Shown here piece by piece: positions 1 to 12,100 of a stretch of 64,000 bases of DNA. The position numbers and the translations under genes are program-made. The first letter of the stretch is position 1. Each line of letters begins with the position of its first letter. The notes under the pieces were generated by a model that did not search any database, had not been told where the DNA came from, and saw only the letters and a list, made by a program, of their open reading frames with translations. Origin of the DNA: Chrysomallon squamiferum (lineage: Eukaryota > Animalia > Mollusca); contig CM022671.1 of the NCBI GenBank assembly GCA_012295275.1, positions 32,426,001 to 32,490,000 on the forward strand, in the 5' to 3' direction.

Positions 1-3000
1 TTTACTTGTGAAATTATGTGTTGGAGCTCCAGTGAGGCAGAGACGAAGTCATCACCAAACTCCGGTTTCACCAGCAGCACCAACCCCAGCGGCCAAAGCT
101 GTTGCCAAGGCTCTAACAAAACTTCTTGCTAATGGTCTGTTGTGGACTCCTCCACCATATGCTCCTGTGCCAAAGCTCAGGTATGTTTTTATTTCAAAGA
201 TTTATAATGTTGTTAGAAGAGTTTGATGAATATTGATTTAAGGAAATGTTTATGTTCCTTATATCCGATGTTTGCCATTCTATGATGATGAAAAGTTGAC
301 AAGCATATGTCTGAAAATAGGTTTGTAAGAAAAACTTTATCTGAGAGTGAATCAAAAGTACATATACTGCATATATGACTGGATTAATGTAGTAATCTGT
401 AAATGACATTTTAGCCTATTATAATAATTATTATTTATTTCTCTTAGAAAGAAGTTAAAATGAAAAAGAATATTCTTTTCAAAATGAAAAATAGCATTAC
501 AGTGAAAGCTTTTAGATTTTCAATTTTAGAAATCATTAGACACAGACTGTTAATTTTCTAGTTTGGTTTTGATGCATGATGTTGGGGGCAGCATATCTTC
601 ATTTCTTTTAATGTGTTTAAGAAAATTGTTTATTATTTAACAGGTGAAAAACAGCATTTTGTTTTGGGTGAAAATACATATTAATAAAAATGTTTGAAGA
701 CATAATTATAACTTACATTTACTGATGAATATCAGTAAAGTACACAGTGATGATTAAATAATAGTCAAGCACGTGTCTGAAACCTTTGAAACAAACTAAT
801 CTAAGTTGTACCACTTTGTTTAGTTATGTGTGTTTATAAGCTGTGCTTTGTTCTAAAATTTCTGGAAGCAGAGGATAATTTTTCATTAAATATTTAATTT
901 TTATTGTTTATGGCAATCATTTATGCATCTTTTCTAACTAAAAACATCTTATTTATTTAATTATTATTATTACAATTATTAAATTATATTTTTTTAAATT
1001 CTTATAACTTGTTTAAATTTTTTTATTATTATTTAACGGGTAAAAGAAAGCATTTTGTTTTTGGTGAAAATATATATTATAAATGAAAATGTTTGAAGAC
1101 ATAATTATAACTTACATTTGCTGGTGAATATTAATAAAGTACAAGTGATGATTAAATAATAGTCAAGCACATGTCTGATAGCTTTGACTGAAACAAACTT
1201 ATCTGAGTTGTACCACTTTATGTTTATAAGCAGTGTTTTGTTCTAAACTTTCTGAAAGCAGAGGATACTAATTTTCCATTAAATATTTAATTTTTGTTTA
1301 AGGTAATCATTTAGGTATCTTTTCTAATTAAAACATTTATTTAATTATTATTATTATTATTATTTTTTTTTTTTTTTTTAAATTCTTGTAACTTGAGGAA
1401 AAACTTTTTATTATTTAACAGGAAAAAGCATTTTGTTTTTGGTGAAAATACCTATTATTAATGAAAATGTTTGAAGACATAATTGTAACTTTCATTTACT
1501 GATGAATATCAGTAAAGTACACAGTGATGATTAAATAATAGTCAAGCACGTGTCTGAAACCTTTGACTGAAACAAACTAATCTGAGTTGTACCACTTTGT
1601 TTAATTATGTGTCTTTATAAGATGTGCTTTGTTCTAAAATTTCTGGAAGCAGAGGATAATAATTTTTCATTAAATACTGAATTTTTGTTGTTTACGGTAA
1701 TCATTAATGTATCTTTTCTAGCTAAATTTTTATTTATTTATTTTCATATTATTATTATTATTATTATTATTTTATTATTATTATTATTTAATTTTTTGTG
1801 AAATTCTGTATTAAACCAAAATACAGAAACTTGTCATAGAAATGTTCCATGAATATGTAATAAGTATTAAACAGACAGAACTCACGGTGATCAAATGCAG
1901 CATAAACATATTGCTCAAGCACATCTTTAATGTTACATGTTAAATTTTCAGGTTGACATTCCTGGTTTGTTCTGTGGGATTCACATCACCTATGTTGTTC
2001 CAGAAGAAGCAGCCCTATCATTTGATGTTGCAGATGTTTGAAGCATCAGGAGGCCAAGATGCTTTGTTCCAGTATGTTTGTGTATTTTAATTTTCAAAAC
2101 AAAGAAAATAACATAATTTACCATCAAGTATTTTTTTTTTTTTTTTTAATTATTTGAAGGAATGTTTCAGTGTCATTATAAATTAATTATAAATAACAAA
2201 TATTTAAGTCATTAACCATTTTCTCATTAAGGTTATAATTTTTCAGTGTTCTTTTTATGATTTTTGAAAAATTGTATTATAATTATTTTATTTTATTTCC
2301 TGGTACTCAAATGATGATTTAAATGTCAAGCACGTGTCTGATAAATGCTTTGATGAAACACATAATCTGAATTGTACCTTTATGACAAACTTTCAGAAAA
2401 ATGTTAAATACATATGTAATTAAGATAGGTTATAACATTTCTTATTATGAAAATTGGTAGTATTTAAAGGTATCATTAGTGTAGAAGCTGTATCAACATT
2501 TACAATAACTAAAAAAAAGCATGCATTTCATAATAAATTAAGGTAAACAAGTTCTCTGGTATTTCATTTTAATAAACATTTTATGTCAGAATGTTCTTAA
2601 ATGATACGATAAAATAATACCTAGAGTCATTGAAATGTTTCTTTTTTGTTGTTTTTCTTCAGAGATTTTTAATTTTATAATATTTAATTCTTTTTTTATT
2701 TTTTATATATAATGTATTTTGTAAATGTTTCTATTCTACTCTTCAGAGCTTTCTCATGGGCTTTGTCAATGGATGGGAAAGTTCCATTGACAGATGGACT
2801 GGAACATACAGAACTTCCAGGTTGGTGCCTTCTTCAGTTATTTTTTAACAGTATGTTAACTGATGTATAGGTAGCAGCACAATGTCTTGATTTCTTGCAC
2901 TCCATGATGATTATTTACAGACAAGCATATGTCTGAAAGTTTTTGAAAGACACCTTTATTACCTGAGAGTGACAAAAGAGTGTGCTACCTATAGAAACTA

Positions 3001-3076
3001 GAAATAGTTTATAGTTTGGTCTGTTTTTGTGCTTTAGTTTTATACTATTCACCTTTTTATTTCATTTTTTCCTGTT

Positions 3077-3138
<62 letters not shown>

Positions 3139-6100
3139 ACTTTAAAATATTTTGGTTGTTAAAAAATTGTTGTTTTTTTTGTGTTTGATTTAACTATTTT
3201 CATTAATAGATGGAAAGATAATTTCATCTGTTGTCAATCTTAGATAGGAGAAAGAGAAATTTGTTGATGAATTTTCAAGTTGTATTTTTTTATTTCTGTA
3301 CTAAAAATATGGTAGATGCTCAGTGATGATGAATTTGACAAGCATATATCTTAAGTATTTTGAAAGAAATATTTTGTCTGAGAGTTTACTGCCAAGTAAA
3401 ATGTGAATGATTTAAATCGTATACAACTCTTCATGTTTTCGTGTAGACATGTTTCATGTAGTTTTGTCAGATGTGGACAGTTGTTGATGTTATTCTTGTT
3501 ATCACTTATTCCATTTTGCACTTTACATAGGACATATTACTTGGTTATTTTTCATATATTCAGTGGAAAATATCAGAAATCCATTTCATTTCATTGGCAA
3601 GTTTTTCATAAAGCAACAGTGGATGATTTTTAAAAAGCTGAATTTTGTGTATTTGTCGATCAATATTCAGTTCAGTATGTTCAGTGATAAATGCTCAATG
3701 ATGATGAAATTGACAAGCATATGTCTTAAAATGTTTTGAAAGATAAATGTTTATCTGAGAGTATACAGTTGAAAAACAAAGCATTTAATAATGTGAATAG
3801 ATTTGGTTTCTATGTGTCTGCATGCATTGGAATTTGCTGGTTGATGGCTAACAAGTCTATATTTTTCCTTCATTCTTTTTCAGATGGATCAGGTGAATTT
3901 CTAGATGCCTGGCTGATGCTGGTAGAAAAGATGGTCAACCCCAAAACTGTGCTGGAATCAAACCACACCCTACCAACCAAGTCATCACAACCTGGTTTCA
4001 CTCCTTTCAGTCCAGTCCAGTATCTCATTAGCACTCAGAAGGTACGTTCTCATGGGTTTCAGTAGAACAATAATTGAAGTTTCTGGGTACATTTACCAGA
4101 GAATGGATATAAATTGCAATTTAAAGGATAAAATTAAACAGTATTTGGATTTATCATTTATATTGTATGAAGTATTTAATCATAATCTTAATATGACATC
4201 ACAGTGAATCTTTATCATTGTGTAAACAAACAGTTTTAAAATGATTGAGATGGAGCTTGTCATCTTTATAACAGACTTTAACAGTTTATCATGCAGAATT
4301 AGCAAAGCATAACAGCACATTACATTACTGCAGTACAAAGAAATTCTAGGATTTTAAGAAATTTTATTTATTGTGTATTTAAATTCAAAAACAGAGTGTG
4401 TGGGTAATAATATTTCAATGTAACTTTGATATTACTGTTTCATTTTGTGTTATAGGCTGCCTTTCATGCTGTGATGAATCTGTGGAACAAACAGCCTTTG
4501 AAGGTTTATGGAAGTCGAATGTCTGAATCCATCCTTGCAATACTTTGTCATATTATCAAAGGAGAAGGCATAATAAAGGTTTGTTTAATTATCTAATTTG
4601 ATAGCATTGAAATTCTTATTAAGAATTTAACTATTAATTTAACTTATTTTTTCATAATTAATTATTGTTATTTAAAAAGATTATCTCCAGTTAAAAGTAC
4701 TGAACATTATACATGGTTTGTTTACCACTTATGACTAAATTTGATAGACTTATTTTTAAAATGTATAATGCACACTTTCATAACTCATTTTATATTTTAT
4801 CCTCAAAAATATGTATATCTTTTTCAGCAGCCTCACTTAATCTGTTTTTTTTCCAGTTAATAATAATCTTTATACAGGACACATTATATTAATATCTTTT
4901 TTTTCTATTTTTTTTTTTTTTGAAGGAACAAATGGCAAAAGAAAAAGCCAGTCAAGAAACTGGTGATGGGGCTATTCCTTCTGCACCTCCACTAGTGGCA
5001 CAAGTTGCCAATAACCTGATCACAGCCTCAGTTCCATCTGCATCTCCTATCTCCGTCCAGAGACAAGAACCTGAAGTAAATGAAGGCTTCCTGCAACAGG
5101 TAGGCAGTGAAAAGATTAATGTATACAAATAAACTGTTACTGGAAAGTATTGGAAGGAAAATTCAAATTATTATGTTCTTGACCGACACAATAGTTTTAT
5201 TAGTATTATTATTGTTATTTAATATTATATTTTAAAGAGATTTTATTACTATATTTGTTAATGTTTAATTTTTTTAATACATTAAAAAAAATGGTTGTCA
5301 ATTTTAATAAACATTAACGTTCATGTCTGCTTTTCATTTTATTCCTGTTCTCAGAATTAGTATTTTATATCATTTATGTTCATTGTATTTTACTTGGTAA
5401 AAAGATACTCAGTGATGATGAAATAGACAAGCATATGTCTTAAAAAGTCTTGAAAGAAAATTTTATCCGAGAGTCTTCTGCCAGAAAAAAAGCCAGTTAT
5501 TAGTTTGAACAATTCTGACAAAATTTCTGTCATTAAGGCACACACACATATATTTACATGGGGTGATATTTATCATTTTCTGTTTGTTTGCAGCTTATTG
5601 ATATGGGTTTCAGTAGAGAACACGCCATTGAGGCACTGAGGCATACAACTACTCTGGAACAAGCCACAGACTACATTCTGTACCACCCTCCACCATCCTT
5701 ACCTGTAAATAACTTTTCTGAGAGTTTACACTGCACCCACACATTCCTGTTTATTTCAGTATACAACATACGTAATGTATTGTGAAACAGAATATAAATT
5801 AAAACTTAATAAATGCATTTTCAATTTTTGAGTTGACTGTATGCTTACCTGTTGTGATAACACCACAATTGGTAATACTACTACTACTACTAATAATAAT
5901 AATAATAAATAGTATATTAAAATCAGAAAAATATTTCTAATTGTTTATCTCAATGCTTTCAGCCCATTGCACAAGGTATTGACATGACTGAAGAAGATCA
6001 GATGATGAGAGCCATTGCCATGTCTTTGGGAGAGAATGTTGTAATGTCCACTGACCAGGTAAATATATCACTGCTTTTATTATTATTGTACTGAATATCT

Positions 6101-9100
6101 AAAATATTTAAAGGAATTAAAAAGTGATAAAAGAAAGATGATTGGGACACAGATATTCAAGGAAATAAATTTTTCAATCAGTTATTTTATTTCATCTTTG
6201 AGATTCAAAACCATTATTTGGAAAATGACTGTTGGATTAATATGAATTCAGAAATTTTGTATTTTATTGTACAAATCTTATTTTGTACAATTTCTATATA
6301 CTTAAAAATTATTATTATTTTTTTAAAAACATAGGAAGACACAAAGAAAGAAGAAGAAAAAGAACAAGAGAGTGAGACAGAGAAACAGGAAACTGAGGAA
6401 CCTCTAGACAAAGAAGTCCTGGACAACTTCACAGAAAACATGATACCAGGTTTGCTTTATTCCAGTACAGAAATACACACCATTACATAAACTTTGAATT
6501 CGTTCATTGTTACTATCCTCATTCTGTAATTTATTACTACACTTTTTCATTAATTATTGAAGAATGTTTTGTTCATAACTGCTAAGCCATATATCTGTCT
6601 TGGCCTTATACAGGTATTGAAATTGGTATAAAAGTTAATGAAAATGTCTTTGCAAAAACACCAAGAAACAACAAAAACATTAAAATGATATGTATTACTA
6701 ATTGAGCATAGTAGCCATTGTATAAAAGTTGAATGTTTATGTATTAATATTAGAGTGCATTAGCCATCTATACAATTCTAAACCTGTAAATTAATTGTTT
6801 AAAAGTATAATAATATACTAAATCGATTGCTTTCTTTTTAAAGGATGCATGAAATTGTTGGACACTCTGCCTGAAACAGTTTACCGAGTGTGTGATTTGA
6901 TAGTTGTGGTTACTCAGAGAAACGGGAATAACTGGAGGGATAAAACATTAGCAACACTAGTACAAGAGGTAAGTTAAAACATGACATGAAAAATAAAGTA
7001 AAGTGTAGCATATGTATTGATGCTGGAGTGTACATAGTCCCAAATCAGCCACCACAGGTTTTTGTACATTAAATGATCTTAATGGTAGCCTTTACTTGCT
7101 GAGATTTATTTATTTTTAATTTTTAATTTATTTACTTAACATCAAAGTAATTTCTGTAACTGTTTTAGTTTAACAACTGTAAGAAAGAAAGAAAAAAAAG
7201 ATTATAATATTCCAGAACCTGATATTGGTAACTTAACAGTTCTTAAAGTTTGTTAAGCTTGTCACTTGCAGGGACTTCCAAGAATGCCATATCCTTGTTA
7301 TAATATATTAACAAATGTTTTCTGAGGGGTTTTTGTTCTTCAAGAATAAGAAGTTTTGTTTAATAATTATATTTTCTCTTCAGATCAAAGCATTGGGGAC
7401 AAACCTATTGAAGAAACTTGTTGATGAAACAGCAACAAAAGAACATCTTGAGAAACTGTTCAATGATCCTCAGTGTGTCAAATTTGCTGTACGCCTTCAT
7501 CTGCTGAGTCTTTTGTTTGAGGTAAGTTTGTTTTAATTATAAATAAATTAAATATAACAAGACTTTATTATTAAGCTGTATTTTACTTGTCAAGAAATTG
7601 ATCTTTTATCTTTTTTTAATTTTTTTTATTTGGAGTACTGGCAATTAAGAAAAACCAAATTCAGCCATTATTTAATACATTATAACTAGCAAAATGTCGG
7701 TATTGATAAAAAAAAAATATATATATATATAAACAATTACAATGAAGTCAATAAAATATATTTACAACTCTGTTATTACTTCCACAAGAACTTTCACAGT
7801 AATATTTAATGTGGATGGAAGATTGTATCACGGTAAGGCTAAAAAGTTTGTTTTAACTTCATACTTTACTTTCAGGAAATGATGATGGCTTGTGCTGAAG
7901 CAGTAGAAGCTGAAAAGTTGGTTGATTTATTAGTCCAAGTTTTACATGCTGCGCAACTCTCACTAGCTCAGGTCAAAGATCTACCCACTCCTAAGTAAGA
8001 ATGCTCATACAATTTTATTCTGTATTTAGGATGGTTCAGGGTGGCAAAGCATTGCTTTTAAATCCTCATTTTTATGTTTATTTTATACATGTCATCTGCA
8101 AGTCAAAACTGGTATTATTTTATTTATGTCACATTAATATATAATTATATATTTTTTCCATTTAGTTATTAGCATCAAACTGCTTTTTTTATTATGTTAT
8201 TATTTTTTTTTATTTTTTTTATTTTAGTACTAAAAATGTCATTTTCCTTTTCCATTCCTTTCAGATGGCTTGCCCCATTACTGTTGATGTTAGATCTGTT
8301 TGAAAAAGTTTCTGTGATATCTAAGAGAAAAATTCAAGCTTTAGCTGTCATGGTAAGTATGGAAAACCAGAACCTTCTGTTTACTGAAAAAATGCATGAG
8401 AAATTTCTAAATTCAGTGGGAGAAAGAACCCTTAAGATTTCTAAAACAAAAACAAAAAGATATAAGTAATATAAATAAAATAAATAGATATGAAATATTT
8501 AGAAAAAAATGTATTATAATTGCAGAAGGACTGCCACACATGGAAATGGTTTGATGACAGCAGTGGTCGATGGTGTAAATACAGTTTGAGTAACAACAAA
8601 ACCATAGATGATGCATTCAGAGCAGGGGAGACCAGCATCAGGTTAGTGAAGTTCACAGTCCATTCGTTTTTGTTTTAGCTACTAATTAAAATGACAGTAA
8701 TGTTTACCTTTTAATAAATGTTAACAAGATGAAGATTACAGTAATGTTTCAGATGTCAAAAGACAATTTATAGGTATGAAGCTTTATGTGGTTGCATGCC
8801 TATTTTGAAATGTTAAAATTCAGGGAATTTTTTTAATGAATTATGTATAAAGAGGTTGATTATCTTTAAACCAGTTTGTTATTTTCTAGATTTCAGGCTG
8901 GAAGGAGAAGATATGCTGTTCAATTTGGATCAATGGTTCAGGTAGGTGTTATTTATTTATTTTGATATTTTCCAGATTTTTTCTTTTTTTTTCTTTTTTA
9001 GAGTGGCATATTTAAATTTCTTTACATTATTTTAACCAACCCCTGTCACCAGTAAATACTGATGCTGCTTTTCACATGTTATTATCTTGGCTTGTTGGAA

Positions 9101-12100
9101 CTGTAAAAAAAAATTAGTTCAAATGATTTAGACCTCTACAAAGATAGTTCAATCAATTTTATTACATTTGTATAACTTACTTATTTCTGTCTATTTCTTT
9201 TCTTTTTTAAAACCAGGTGAATGAAGAAACTGGAAACAGAAGGCCAATCATGTTGTCACTTCAGACAGCAGAAGAGAAACCACTGAAGGAAGATCAGAAG
9301 GATAACAACAGAAATGAGTTGGAAAGTGAGCCGCCAAAAGGTACTTTTCGATGTTGGTGAATGAAATACACAATGATGATAATTAAAAACATAACAGTGA
9401 ATTGCAGCTGTTAATGATGCTTATTAGGCATTCCATAGAATAAAGTATGCACCTATTGGTGTACCTGTACCATAGCAATAGATTGATAAAAAACAGATGA
9501 ACAATTTCACTTGGAGTGAAGTAATATTAAAGTGTTGTTAATCTTTTTATCCAGCAGATCGTAGAATCATAATGCTAATAACTTAACAGTACTGTTTTGA
9601 AAACATTTTAGCAAAGGTTCCTCGTGAATTATTCAGGGAAATCTGTCCTTTGACAGCAAAAGAAAATTTTGTTTGCTAAAAATAAAACTTGATTGTTAAA
9701 AAATACAAATAACAAAATTAAATTGATAAATGAAACCATTTTTAATTTCTATTCTGTGAAATTGTTTCTTTGTTGATATGATTCTCAACTTTTAATAATT
9801 TCCCTCAAAAGTCCATATCCTTATGAATTATTAAGAGAAAGCCAGCTGCAAACATCTGCTAGTACATATTTTATAAATAAATTTGAAGTTACATTTAATT
9901 TCAGATTGGGCTTTATCATATTTGTTTTATCTTCTAATTTGTAGAGGATAAGATGGAGACAGAATATGAAGAAGAACACAAACAAGAGCCAGTTCAGGTT
10001 ACAGGACTGAATGATGAACAGATCACAACAGTGATTAGGTAAAACTTTAAATATTAATATAAATACAACATCATATTTAATGTTTTTCAAGATGTAGAGA
10101 CTACTACAATTTTATATGAATGCTAAAAGCTCAAGAAAAACCAGTCTAACCTGTTTTTAATGTGAATAAATTAAATGACCTAAGTATTTTCTATTATTTT
10201 ATCTATTATCAGTTATTTCTGATTTTAAAATCTGGTAATAATAAAATCTCCAGATTAAACTTTTTGCATCTAGTATGTTAATATTTTTGTTTGTTTGTTT
10301 GGAATTGTTCTTTTTGTGGGTTTTTTTCTCATCCTGATCTAGATTTAAAAATTGTTTTTCGTCTTCTTAGGTCTATTGTTGCTCTGATTGGAATCCCAGT
10401 GGATCCAGACACTCTGCACGCAGCCCTGAGGCTCACTCTTCGAATCACAAGAGTACACAAGTATGCAGTATTGTTTGCAGAGCTTGGTGGTCCAAAACTA
10501 CTGCTGTCTTTAACACAGGCATCAGGCTTTCAAGGTTTCATTTCTCTGACCAATCTGATTTTCAGACATATTCTTGAAGAACCATCTTCACTGCGGTATT
10601 GCATGGAAAAGGTAAATGTTTTTGATATTGACATACAAGTTATTTTGTTAATTGGAAATATTGTTATAAGTATTATTATATTGTTTATACAGGTAATTAA
10701 AGTATTGTTTGGGGAATGCCGATTTATATAAAATATAAATTACAGTGACACACTGAATATTCAATATGACTTTTTAATTAATTTTCTTTGATTTTTAAAA
10801 ACGTTTATTTTGTTTTTGGTTTGCTTATTTTAAAATAGTTAAGCTTTGAACATTGATAACATTTTTTTTTTTACTCATTTTGTTTGTGTGTAATAATAAA
10901 ATAAATAAATATGTATATGTTCACTATAAAATGTAATGATACATAAAGAGTTCAGTGAGTTCAGTGAATGATTGTATTTAAACAATGTATATTTGTATTG
11001 CAGGTGATGAGAAGTGCCTGTAGTGGAATAGGCTCCAGTTTAAGTGGGGTGAACACTGGAAGCATTGGATCAAAAGAAATGCACTACATGTTCCGTGTGC
11101 TGGCCCCAGCTGCCTGCAGAAACTCAGAAATCTTCTCTGAGGCTACTAAAGAAACCCTGCAGATTGCACTGCCACCGCCAAGCAAAATTATTCGAGGTAT
11201 TTCTTTGTTCACAGTTCTTAATACAAGTAACTAGTAATGTATTCATTTATTTACACTGTAAGGAATATGTTACAAACCACCTAAGTACCTTTAATCATCA
11301 TTTTAACATCTCTGGCAATTTAGTGACTGTGTTACCAGTCATGATCTACTGAATTAAAACAGAATCTTGATTTCAATATGCCTGTTGGTAGTAAACAGGC
11401 TAATGGAAATTCTAACTGTTGGTTGTATTGTTAAAGATAAGCTGTTATTTTATTTGAAAATGTTTTGATTAACAGATGAGGATGAAGCTCGCTACACCGG
11501 GCCCAGTGCTCCACAGATTCTGAAATGTTCTCCAACAAAACACATTGCAATCCTCATAAATCAGTCAATCAAGGACGTTGTGTACGATCTTCTCAATGCA
11601 CTGATTGTTAAGGATAATGTCAAACAAGAAGATTGTAAGCACCAAGTTTTCTTCCTGTAATGAGCATTAAGTGTAATAGAAAGGAACTGTTACTGTTCTG
11701 ATTGTGATTGTGTAAAATTAGTGTTAAAACAATTTCTTAGTTGTTGTATTAATTTGTACTGTCTAATTTGTTCAAAATATGATTCTTTGGAACATACTGA
11801 TAAAATGATCTTAGGCTTAAATTTAAAAATAATTATAATAAAGATTTCTTAAGATGCAATAATTTTTTAGAAATTAATAAGAACCTTTGGATTTTTCATC
11901 ATCAATCTTCAGTAATAGTTTTGTATGAAATGTTTATAAACTTGGCAAACATGTTTTTAATACAATTATTTGTATTTTAAAAAAATATATATATATATAC
12001 ATACATACATGTATAAAACATAATTTTTTGTCTTCCTGTTGTAGTGAATGGTTTTGAACTGAAACCATCACAGACTCTCGCAGAAGCCATTTTAGAAGTG

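Larger units (their letters stand above)
629..1808 (+). repeat. Three-copy tandem duplication of about 380-400 bp, each unit carrying one variant-guide snoRNA
   Basis: Recurring blocks TTATTTAACAGG..GCATTTTGTTTT.GGTGAAAATA, ATGTTTGAAGACATAATT and TTCTGGAAGCAGAGGATA; C boxes spaced 398 and 379 bp apart. Confidence 0.95.

Noticed and set aside
276-5474. Regularly recurring repeats interpreted as a CRISPR array or MITE family
   Set aside because: Eukaryotic intron context, spacing of hundreds of nt, no terminal inverted repeats or TSDs; box C/D architecture and 18S complementarity explain them
7218-7272. Imperfect hairpin CCTG..CTTAACAG/TTGTTAAG..CAGG as a pre-miRNA or H/ACA half
   Set aside because: AU-rich, short, several G-U pairs, no recognisable mature miRNA and no properly placed H/ACA boxes
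9370-9510. ATGATGA plus small hairpins in the intron as another snoRNA
   Set aside because: No matching D box with terminal stem, no guide, and inconsistent H/ACA geometry
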